A stretch of 64,000 bases of DNA from Nitrospirota bacterium (GTDB lineage: Bacteria; Nitrospirota; UBA9217). A program made the position numbers and the translations under genes. The notes under the pieces are model-generated. The model did not search any database. It was given only the letters and a program-made list of their open reading frames with translations, and was not told the origin of the DNA. The stretch lies in NCBI GenBank assembly GCA_963663225.1, contig OY760142.1, positions 2,144,001 through 2,208,000 on the forward strand, in the 5' to 3' direction. Positions 49,293 through 57,656 of the stretch are shown here, piece by piece (the first letter of the stretch is position 1; the number at the start of each line of letters is the position of its first letter).

Positions 49293-51209
49293 ATGAAAAA
49301 TAAAATTTGTTTTGTCGCCTGCTATCCGGAACTTGCCGCGCTGGCCAATGAAGTCAAGAAGGAGCAAAGCCTTCCTTTTGACGTTGTGGTCGGAAATCTG
49401 GAGGAAGGGGTCCGGCAGGCGCTGGAAGCCGAGAAAAAAGGCGCCCAGGTTATTATCAGCCGGGGAGGGACGGCCTCCCTGATCCAGCAGCACGTAAAAG
49501 TTGCGGTGATGGAAATTCCGGTCACTGGCTATGATATCCTGCGTGTTATTTATCCTCTGTCCGGCCAGAACAGGACCGTGGCAATCCTCGGGTATCAAAA
49601 TGTCGTGCTCGGCTGCCGCACGGCGGCCAAGATTCTCGGCATCCCCATACGGGAAGAGATCATCCTCGGTTTGAACGGACCCGTGACCGACTGGAAGGAT
49701 GTACGCGCACAGGTCGAGCGCATGATCAAGGAAGACGGCGTGAACACGATCATCGGCGACATCAACGTGCAGACGAAACTTGACTTTCCGGGCATAGATA
49801 TGCGGGTGATCGTGTCCGGTAGGGAATCCATCATCCCGGCGGTGGAAGAGGCGGCGCGCATCGTTAAAGTGCGTGAGGAGGAGCAGAAGGCTGCCCAACG
49901 GCTGCAGGCCATCCTTAATTTTGTACACGACGGTATTATCGCTACCGATGAGCACGGCAACATCACCGTTTTGAACCCGGCCGCCAAAAAGACCTTCGAT
50001 ATACGGCAGAACCAGGTCATCGGACGCCATATCACATCCCTGATCAAGAATACGCGCATTGACGAGGTCTTGAAATCCGGAAAAGCCGAAGTCGGCCAGA
50101 TGCAGAAGGCGGCGAGCGGCCATATTCTCACCAATCGGATCCCCATTCACGTCGATGGAGAAGTGAAAGGCGTCGTGGCAACGTTCCAGGAAGCGACGCA
50201 GATTCAGGACGCGGAACGGACAATCCGTCAGACCCTGTATGGAAAAGGCCTTGTGGCCACCTACACTTTTGATGATATTCTGACAGTCGATCCCCATATG
50301 AAACGGCTTGTCGAAATCGCAAAGGGATATTCTGAAACCGGAGCCACGGTGCTCATCCAGGGAGAGAGCGGGACCGGCAAGGAACTATTTGCGCAAAGTA
50401 TTCATACCCAGAGCCCCCGCTCGCGCGGCCCCTTCGTAGCGGTCAATTGCGCGGCGTTGCCGCATCATCTTCTGGAAAGCGAGTTGTTCGGATATGTGGA
50501 AGGTGCGTTCACCGGGGCGAAAAAAGTCGGCAAAATCGGTCTGTTTGAACTGGCGCATACGGGAACGATCTTTCTGGACGAAATAGGCGACATGGACAAG
50601 GTTCTGCAATCCCGGTTGCTTCGGGTTCTCGCTGAGCGCCAGGTCATGCGTCTCGGCTCCGACGCGCTTATCCCGGTTGATATCCGGGTCATCGCGGCCA
50701 CCAACACCGATCTCAGAAAGCAGGTGCAGTCCGGCCAGTTCCGCAAGGACCTCTATTACCGGCTGAATGTGCTGAATCTTTCGATTATCCCTCTCCGGGA
50801 GCGGCATAATGATATTCCTCTACTCGCGGCCCATTTTTTTGAGCGATTCAACCATGAACACAAACGGAATATTAAAAAGCTGCCGGTCGAGGTCATGCGT
50901 ATGTTCGGCAACTATGCATGGCCCGGCAATGTCCGAGAACTCGAAAATGTCATGGAGCGCATTGTGCTTTCGGCAGAGAAAAAGGCCATCCATCTCCCGA
51001 CCGTACGCCTGATCGTCGATGAACTTCTTGCTGCGCATGCAGATGAAGCCGGTGGCTTAAACCAGGATAAAGATTTGTTCTCGGGTTCATTTCAGGACAT
51101 AAAACGGCGCATTATCACGCACGTATTGAAAGAAGAAAACTGGAACAAGAGTAAAACTGCGAGAAGATTGGGGGTTGACAGGACCACGGTCGATCGCTTC
51201 TGCGAATAG
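49293..51209 (+). CDS. Sigma54-dependent activator, PrpR-like (PrpR_N, PAS, AAA+, Fis HTH)
   Basis: IISRGGTA; GESGTGKE, GAFTGA, FLDEIG, WPGNVREL, NKSKTARRLGVDRTT. Confidence 0.92.
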   Translation: MKNKICFVACYPELAALANEVKKEQSLPFDVVVGNLEEGVRQALEAEKKGAQVIISRGGTASLIQQHVKVAVMEIPVTGYDILRVIYPLSGQNRTVAILGYQNVVLGCRTAAKILGIPIREEIILGLNGPVTDWKDVRAQVERMIKEDGVNTIIGDINVQTKLDFPGIDMRVIVSGRESIIPAVEEAARIVKVREEEQKAAQRLQAILNFVHDGIIATDEHGNITVLNPAAKKTFDIRQNQVIGRHITSLIKNTRIDEVLKSGKAEVGQMQKAASGHILTNRIPIHVDGEVKGVVATFQEATQIQDAERTIRQTLYGKGLVATYTFDDILTVDPHMKRLVEIAKGYSETGATVLIQGESGTGKELFAQSIHTQSPRSRGPFVAVNCAALPHHLLESELFGYVEGAFTGAKKVGKIGLFELAHTGTIFLDEIGDMDKVLQSRLLRVLAERQVMRLGSDALIPVDIRVIAATNTDLRKQVQSGQFRKDLYYRLNVLNLSIIPLRERHNDIPLLAAHFFERFNHEHKRNIKKLPVEVMRMFGNYAWPGNVRELENVMERIVLSAEKKAIHLPTVRLIVDELLAAHADEAGGLNQDKDLFSGSFQDIKRRIITHVLKEENWNKSKTARRLGVDRTTVDRFCE

Positions 51210-51248
51210 CTTTCTATTAAGATGTTAACTGTTGTAAAAAACAGCACT

Positions 51249-51290
51249 ACAAGCAGATAATATGCACATTATCTGCTTGTTTTTGTTTTT
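51249..51290 (+). terminator. Rho-independent terminator (or activator site)
   Basis: ACAAGCAGATAAT-6 nt-ATTATCTGCTTGT followed by T-rich tract. Confidence 0.65.
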
Positions 51291-51320
51291 ATAATGCGTA
51301 ACAGTATGAAAAATAAATAA

Positions 51321-51336
51321 TGGCATGCAATGTGCA
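51321..51336 (+). promoter_or_regulatory. Sigma54 -24/-12 promoter
   Basis: TGGCATGCAATGTGCA, correct GG-N10-GC spacing, downstream of the sigma54 activator gene. Confidence 0.65.
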
Positions 51337-51823
51337 TAAAAGAAAATAAAAAATACTGCTATTAACCTCAGCTAGGACGGCTTTGTTGCACTGAAATGAA
51401 TAAACGAATATATAAAAAGCTTTGAAATTAAACTGATATTTTGCCGAATTCGTATGATACAATTAGAAAACAATATGCTATCGTTCTGTCTTCATCCATA
51501 GCTGTGTGCATCGTTTACGGAAATTTGAGCCTAACGGTTATAATGTGTTTGTTACAAAAGTCATACTCGTAATAGCTGTTGAAGGAATGATTCGGAAAAG
51601 GTGAATGCTTTTCCCTCCCTGTGGCGAGACCGCGATGTTATAAGCCGCACTTCGACCGATGTATTCAGTCTGACTGTCATAACAAGGCGATATTGACGGC
51701 GCAGCGCAAAGCAGGTGGGAAATAATAGCCGATACTGATGAGACTTTGAACAACATCTTTTCTATTCGCAAGTGTAAAAAGAAACGTCGGATGTAAAAAA
51801 TTATCGTTAGGGAGGATTCTGAA

Positions 51824-52603
51824 ATGCCGAAGTTTAATGCCAATCTTACAATGCTTTTCGCGGACGTGCCGTTCCTTGACCGCTTTCGTCTGGCGTCCCA
51901 GCATGGATTTAAGGGAGTTGAGTTTCTGTTCCCCTATGCATGGGAAAAAGACCAGCTGGTTGAACGGCTGAAAAGCAACAATCTTGTGCAGGTGTTGCAT
52001 AATATGCCTGCAGGCAACTGGGACGGTGGTGAACGCGGTATCGCCTGTATCCCCGGCAGGGAGTCCGAATTCGAAGCAGGTGTCGGCCGCGCAATTGAAT
52101 ACGCACAGGCTTTGGGTTGTACCCAATTGAACTGCCTTGCCGGAAAGACACCGCAGGGCGCCAAACCGGAAACCGTACGGAAGACGCTTGTGGACAATCT
52201 GCGTTTTGCCGCACAAGAGCTTGAGAAGCGTAATATCCGTCTCCTCGTGGAAATGTTGAATAATCGAGACATCCCCGGTTTTCATCTGGTCACGACCGCG
52301 GACGCACTCTCGCTGATCACTGATGTCAGCCACCCCAATATTTATATGCAGTACGACGTTTACCATATGCAGATCATGGAGGGAAACCTGACAACAACGA
52401 TACGCGAGAATCTGAAGCATATTGCCCATATCCAAATTGCGGATGTTCCGGGCCGTCATGAACCCGGTACCGGAGAAATCAATTATGCAAATCTCTTCCG
52501 GTTTATCGACGAAATGGGCTACAAGGGATGGATCGGTTGTGAATATGTCCCTGCGGGGAAAACAGCTGAAGGGTTGTCCTGGATGAACGCCTATCGCTCC
52601 TGA
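51824..52603 (+). CDS. hyi: Hydroxypyruvate isomerase
   Basis: MPKFNANLTMLF, VEFLFPY, GERGIAC, YDVYHMQ, QIADVPGRHEPGTGEIN. Confidence 0.9.
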   Translation: MPKFNANLTMLFADVPFLDRFRLASQHGFKGVEFLFPYAWEKDQLVERLKSNNLVQVLHNMPAGNWDGGERGIACIPGRESEFEAGVGRAIEYAQALGCTQLNCLAGKTPQGAKPETVRKTLVDNLRFAAQELEKRNIRLLVEMLNNRDIPGFHLVTTADALSLITDVSHPNIYMQYDVYHMQIMEGNLTTTIRENLKHIAHIQIADVPGRHEPGTGEINYANLFRFIDEMGYKGWIGCEYVPAGKTAEGLSWMNAYRS

Positions 52604-52723
52604 GTATGCACAAGGGGTCCGGAAGCGATCATTTCTCAGACTGAATTTTTTGTTCCGTGCGATGTGAATGCCGGATGCAGCAATAATGCTCAATTTTAAA
52701 GGTAATGATAAGGAGGAACTACT

Positions 52724-53617
52724 ATGGCAGTACTTGGATTTGTAGGGCTTGGTATTATGGGAAAACCGATGGCTGGTCATCTTTTGGCCGGAGGACATAC
52801 GGTCAATGTTTACAATATCGTTCCGGAGCCGATGCAGGAACTGGCAAAAAAAGGGGCGGTCGTGTGCAACTCCTGCAAGGAAGTCGCGGTAAAATCCGAT
52901 ATCATCATCACCATGGTTCCGGACACCCCTGATGTTGAAATTGTGCTTTTCGGCAAAGACGGTCTGGCTGAAGGTCTGAAGCAAGGGGCTATCGTCGTTG
53001 ACATGAGCTCGATTTCACCGATCGCGACAAAGGAGTTCGCCCAGCGCCTCGCCAAACAGGGGGTCAGCATGCTTGATGCCCCGGTTTCCGGCGGACAGGT
53101 CGGCGCGGAGCAGGCAACGCTTTCGATCATGGTGGGCGGCAGCAAAGATGTATTCGATAACGTGAAGCCGATTCTTGATCTTATGGGGAAAAAGATCACG
53201 CATGTGGGCGGCAATGGAGACGGCCAGACGTGCAAAGTGGCAAACCAGATAGTTGTTGCGGGCACGATCCAAACCATCAGCGAAGCGCTGCTTTTTGCTG
53301 CAAAAGCAGGGGCCGATCCGGCCAAAGTCCGCGAAGCGCTTCTCGGCGGATTTGCTCAGAGCCGTATTCTGGAACTGCACGGCGACCGCATGATCAAGCG
53401 GAACTTTCAGCCGGGATTCCGGATCAGACTGCAGCAGAAGGACCTGAACAACGCACTGCAGTCGGCACGCAGCCTGGGGCTTTCGCTTCCTGCGACTGCA
53501 ATCGCCCAGGAATTGTACAATTGCGTTTCCGCGCATGACGGGGTCGATCTCGACCATTCGGCGCTTGTGCTGGCGCTTGAGCAGCTTGCGAATTTTCAAG
53601 TTGCAAAGGAAAAATAA
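52724..53617 (+). CDS. glxR: 2-hydroxy-3-oxopropionate (tartronate semialdehyde) reductase
   Basis: GFVGLGIMGKPMA, DMSSISP, DAPVSGG, GDGQTCKVANQI, ILELHGDRMIKR. Confidence 0.9.
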   Translation: MAVLGFVGLGIMGKPMAGHLLAGGHTVNVYNIVPEPMQELAKKGAVVCNSCKEVAVKSDIIITMVPDTPDVEIVLFGKDGLAEGLKQGAIVVDMSSISPIATKEFAQRLAKQGVSMLDAPVSGGQVGAEQATLSIMVGGSKDVFDNVKPILDLMGKKITHVGGNGDGQTCKVANQIVVAGTIQTISEALLFAAKAGADPAKVREALLGGFAQSRILELHGDRMIKRNFQPGFRIRLQQKDLNNALQSARSLGLSLPATAIAQELYNCVSAHDGVDLDHSALVLALEQLANFQVAKEK

Positions 53618-53743
53618 AAGCTGCCTACCCGTCGATACTGTTATGACAATAGAATGCTGGTGGAGGAGTTTTGCTGAGAATTGTTTTTCATCTTCCGGAG
53701 GTGGGCATATGCTCACCTCCTTTTTTTGTATGGCGGGAAAACG

Positions 53744-54430
53744 CTATCGGCCGGTAAGGTAAGAAAGCACCTGACCCATCAGAGCATTAACCCGATCATA
53801 CGCCGCATTGGCTACGCTACGCAATTCCTGCTCGGACTGCACGAAAGGACCGGGCAGGAGTTCCCCCTTGCAGTTATTCAGAATGTCTGCGGCGGTTTCC
53901 GGGGTCGTTTCAAGATGGAATTGTAGGCCAATAACGTGTTTCCCGATCTGAAACGCCTGGTTTTCGCAAACAGCACTCCTTGCAAGACGCACGGCACGAG
54001 GAGGTAGATCAAAGGTTTCGCCGTGCCAGTGAAACACCGTGCATTTTTTAGGAAACAGAAATGCTTCTCCTCCAGTAGTCACTGCCTCTATCGGGAACCA
54101 GCCTATTTCCTTTTGCGGATTCTGATACACGCGCGATCCGAGCGCGCTGGCGATAAGCTGCGCTCCGAGGCAGACACCGAGCAGTGGTATACCGTGTTTT
54201 ACCGCATCGCGCAAAAACTGCTTTTCAGGCCTGAGCCACGTCAGGATGGATTCATCATTAACGCTCATCGGACCGCCCATGGCGATGATGAGATCAAGGT
54301 TGTCCAACCGTGGGAGTGTTTGGCCATCAAAAAAACGGGTATATTGTATTTTTGCGCTTCGTGATTCCAGCCAGGGATCCATACTGCCGATGTCTTCAAA
54401 CGCAACGTGCTGCAAAACGTGCACGTTCAT
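53744..54430 (-). CDS. Class I glutamine amidotransferase-like protein
   Basis: QHVAFE, GGPMS, GVCLGAQL, HWHGETF, LQFHLE. Confidence 0.9.
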   Translation of the reverse strand: MNVHVLQHVAFEDIGSMDPWLESRSAKIQYTRFFDGQTLPRLDNLDLIIAMGGPMSVNDESILTWLRPEKQFLRDAVKHGIPLLGVCLGAQLIASALGSRVYQNPQKEIGWFPIEAVTTGGEAFLFPKKCTVFHWHGETFDLPPRAVRLARSAVCENQAFQIGKHVIGLQFHLETTPETAADILNNCKGELLPGPFVQSEQELRSVANAAYDRVNALMGQVLSYLTGR

Positions 54431-54470
54431 ATAGTTCTCTCCATTTATGATGTCCCGCAGCCGGGACGGT

Positions 54471-54989
54471 TTACTGCTTTAAGAACAGTTCCATCCTGTC
54501 CGACCACACCGCGTATCCTTTGCTGCTCAAATGCGAACCGTCTTCCAGAAAATATTCAGAAATTGTTTTTCCCTGTTGGTCTACAAAAAGGCTGCAGACG
54601 TCAAGATACGCAGCGCCGTATTTCAGCGCACATTCACGAATCCGGAGATTGATGGCGTGAATGCGGTTATTGTCTATCCACGTCAGTGTGGTGGGCAGAA
54701 TGCTCTGCACGACTGTTTTTGAAGAGCGGAAACCCGCTGTAACGGCATGCACGGTTTCCTGATAGGTTCCGAGAAAATCATAGTGCCCTTCACCGATATT
54801 GTTGATGCCGGTCATGAGAAAAATATAATCGGGGATTTCTGATTCAGCCTGAACCCGGGGGATGCGCGCGAGCAGTGCCTCAACGCGTTCACTGGAGATG
54901 CCGAGGTTGGTTACGCGGTACTCCGGAAACCGTTTTTGCCAGTCAAATCGCTGGGTCAGAGAATCTCCTAACAAGAGAAGCCGTTTCAT
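54471..54989 (-). CDS. GDSL/SGNH esterase
   Basis: GDSLT, NLGIS, MTGINN, DGSHL. Confidence 0.88.
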   Translation of the reverse strand: MKRLLLLGDSLTQRFDWQKRFPEYRVTNLGISSERVEALLARIPRVQAESEIPDYIFLMTGINNIGEGHYDFLGTYQETVHAVTAGFRSSKTVVQSILPTTLTWIDNNRIHAINLRIRECALKYGAAYLDVCSLFVDQQGKTISEYFLEDGSHLSSKGYAVWSDRMELFLKQ

Positions 54990-55020
54990 TTTTCTGCATC
55001 CGTTCTTTCTCTCATGTCCG

Positions 55021-55788
55021 TCAATCCTCTGCGGAATTTTGATTTTGATCGCCGTGCAAATATTTCTTTCTTTTGTTATGCCGGTATCGCAGCTGCAGCA
55101 GCTCTACGAAAAGAGCAAATCCCATGGGCAGATAAATATACGCTTTCGGAACGTGCTGATGCATGCCTTCCAGAAATATGGTGACTCCGATGGTGATCAG
55201 AAAGGAAAGGGCCAGTATTTTCAGCGAAGGACGCTGAAGGATAAAGTCTCCGATTGGTCTTGCGAATGCGAGAATGGCAAGAAAGGAGACAACGACGGCG
55301 GTGATGATTACCCATATTTCATCGGTCAGTCCTATTGCGGTAATGACTGAATCAATGGAAAAAACGATGTCCAGCAGGATGATCTGGACAATAACGCCGC
55401 GAAACTTTTTGGATCCGCTGACGATTCCGGATGGCTGACTATCCATTAACTCTATGGTATGGTGTATTTCCGTTACCGCCTTCCAGAGCAGAAACAATCC
55501 GCCCGACAGCAAAATAACATCGCGGACTGAAACGCTGGAAAAAAACGGTTGTGTCAGATTTGACAGGGTGAGCAGGATGAAGAGCAAGAGGATCCTTGCA
55601 AACAGGGCCATGGTGAGCCCGATGATTCTCGCCTTGCTCCTTTGTGATTCAGGCAACCTCCCCACAAAGATGGTGATGACGAGAATATTGTCTACCCCCA
55701 AAACCAGCTCCAGGCCGATGAGCAGAAATAATAACGCTAGTATGTCGGTCATATGGTCCAATATTTCGATCAGGCTGAAATCCTGCAC
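55021..55788 (-). CDS. TerC-family membrane protein
   Basis: LELVLGVDNI, LDIVFSIDSVITAIG; start uncertain (alternative 55752). Confidence 0.9.
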   Translation of the reverse strand: MQDFSLIEILDHMTDILALLFLLIGLELVLGVDNILVITIFVGRLPESQRSKARIIGLTMALFARILLLFILLTLSNLTQPFFSSVSVRDVILLSGGLFLLWKAVTEIHHTIELMDSQPSGIVSGSKKFRGVIVQIILLDIVFSIDSVITAIGLTDEIWVIITAVVVSFLAILAFARPIGDFILQRPSLKILALSFLITIGVTIFLEGMHQHVPKAYIYLPMGFALFVELLQLRYRHNKRKKYLHGDQNQNSAED

Positions 55789-55860
55789 ACGGTTCCGCCG
55801 TGCAGGACTGTGCTGTTTAACTGCACGGGAACAGGAACCGGTTCCCCTGAAAACCGTTTG

Positions 55861-56472
55861 CTAATGGATACTATGCTTTCTGGTTTGCGCAGAGGAAAGA
55901 AGATTCAAGCTCTTGCGAGCGCCGAGGAGCTGCTGGCGAATTGAGTCTACCTGGCGCGCCACATCTTTGAAGTTTTCCTCGTTTGCCGCGAGTGACACTT
56001 GGCCGGCACTCTCGATAAGGTCCGTCATCGCCTGCTGTACGACGTAGAGAGAGGGCGCATTTTCCACGGACGCCGCTCCGTCATTCCGGCGTGTGTCTGC
56101 AAATGCCATGATGAGCCCGTGCAGTCCTTGGGCCGTCTGGACGAGTGAACCGTAGCTCGTCAGCAGTTTCTGAAACACCTCTCGGCGGCGCCGCAGTTCA
56201 TCCGCCCGGTCTTTGATCGCCATGGCCTGGGCCTGCTGCGTGTTCACGATTGTTTTTACGGCTTCCATGAGGGCATTCACCAAAGGCTGAAGCCTCTGGT
56301 CCACCGTTCCGAGTTCCGATAACTTCCCCGCCGTAATCTCTAAATTGTGTTGTGAATCGAGAGGCAGCCGCTGCGCTTCAGTGGCAATGGATACAATCTG
56401 TCGAAGCTCATCCTCAAGCGCCAAGGCGGCCTGGACAAGGCCGCTTGTCGGTTTTAGCTCCTGATTTTTCAT
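55861..56472 (-). CDS. Helical/coiled-coil hypothetical protein
   Basis: 203-aa ORF with ATGA overlap to the upstream GDSL gene. Confidence 0.7.
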   Translation of the reverse strand: MKNQELKPTSGLVQAALALEDELRQIVSIATEAQRLPLDSQHNLEITAGKLSELGTVDQRLQPLVNALMEAVKTIVNTQQAQAMAIKDRADELRRRREVFQKLLTSYGSLVQTAQGLHGLIMAFADTRRNDGAASVENAPSLYVVQQAMTDLIESAGQVSLAANEENFKDVARQVDSIRQQLLGARKSLNLLSSAQTRKHSIH

Positions 56473-57008
56473 CGTGATGCTCCTGTTCGTAAAAAATGTT
56501 CCACTTCAATCGACCATGCTTCATATCCGCTGCTGCTTACATGGACTCCGTCTTCCTGCAGATATCGTTCGTTCGGAGCCCCCTTCGCGTCAACAAAGGC
56601 CTGATACACGTCAAGATATTCAGCACTGAACTCGCCGGCCATTTCGCGTATCCTGCGGTTGCAATCCTGTATCCGTTTGTTCTCTATCCATTCGAGCGTA
56701 GTCGGCAGGATGCTTTGCACAACCGTTTTTGCACTCTTATAGTGCGTGGTGAGATTCCGGATTATCTCCCTGTAGTCGTCAAAAAAGCGATAATCTCCTT
56801 CGCCGATGTTGTTGATGCCGGTCATAAGAAAGATGAAACCCGGATGAAGAACCTCGTCATAGATATCAGGCATCCGGGTCCGCAGTTCTTCAACCCGCTC
56901 TCCGGAAATGCCGAGATTAAGCACGTTGTATTCCGGGAAACGTCTGTCCCATCCGAACCACTGTGTCAGCGAGTCACCTATGAAGGCAAGCGTTTGCAAG
57001 ATATTCAT
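56469..57008 (-). CDS. GDSL/SGNH esterase (paralog of 54471-54989)
   Basis: GDSLT, NLGISG, MTGINN, DGVH. Confidence 0.88.
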   Translation of the reverse strand: MNILQTLAFIGDSLTQWFGWDRRFPEYNVLNLGISGERVEELRTRMPDIYDEVLHPGFIFLMTGINNIGEGDYRFFDDYREIIRNLTTHYKSAKTVVQSILPTTLEWIENKRIQDCNRRIREMAGEFSAEYLDVYQAFVDAKGAPNERYLQEDGVHVSSSGYEAWSIEVEHFLRTGASR

Positions 57009-57160
57009 CCTTTCGTACCGGCAGGCGCACCGCAGTGTCAAGTGTATGCAAATAGAACTGAAGAGTCAAGAAGATAAGATACCTTCGGTGCGTTTCCCCG
57101 TCTTGACAATTTCGCGTTTACAGGGTATTTTGTTGCGTACTGCAATATGAGGAGGGAAAT

Positions 57161-57502
57161 ATGAGTTTTCCGGGTTTTTTCCTGGGATTATTTTTTCTGG
57201 CTGTTCCTCTGGTAGCTTCTGCGGAGAGTGTCGGAGATAAAGCAAAACATGATGTCAATACCATTCATCAGAACCAGAAGCATGATATAAAGAAGGTGCA
57301 CCAGAACCAGAAAAACGACGTAAAAAAAGTCCATCAAAACCAGAAGCATGACGCCAAAAAGATTCATCAGAACCAGAAGCATGATATAAAAAAGGTGCAC
57401 CAGAACCAGAAAAATGACGTAAAAAAGATCCATCAAAACCAGAAACAAGATGCCGGGACGATTCATGAACAGCAGAAGCGCGATTTGAAAGCTTTAAATT
57501 AA
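57161..57502 (+). CDS. Secreted 11-residue tandem-repeat protein
   Basis: GGAGG RBS; signal peptide (..VASA); about 7.5 copies of K(H/N)D(I/V/A)KK(V/I)HQNQ. Confidence 0.8.
   Translation: MSFPGFFLGLFFLAVPLVASAESVGDKAKHDVNTIHQNQKHDIKKVHQNQKNDVKKVHQNQKHDAKKIHQNQKHDIKKVHQNQKNDVKKIHQNQKQDAGTIHEQQKRDLKALN
57245..57490 (+). repeat. 33-bp coding tandem repeat
   Basis: CAYCARAACCAGAARMAYGAY unit repeated every 33 bp. Confidence 0.85.
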
Positions 57503-57656
57503 GGAAGCACAAGCGCGATGATACACCGATCCGGCGCGGACATTTAAAAAAATCACCAGACAGCAGCGTCTGTCATGAATGCCGGTAGTTATCCCCTCCG
57601 TACGCAGCATATACTATTCTCAAATAGCGTTCACCGCACAGGGCGAGAGGTATACG

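Noticed and set aside
51677-52984. Long antisense ORFs (435 aa here; also 49170-50297, 1321-2235, 7568-8389)
   Set aside because: Shadows of well-supported genes on the opposite strand, with no recognisable motifs.
57245-57490. 33-bp repeats as a CRISPR array
   Set aside because: No unique spacers, variation is codon-like, the repeats are in frame within a signal-peptide ORF, and no cas genes are present.
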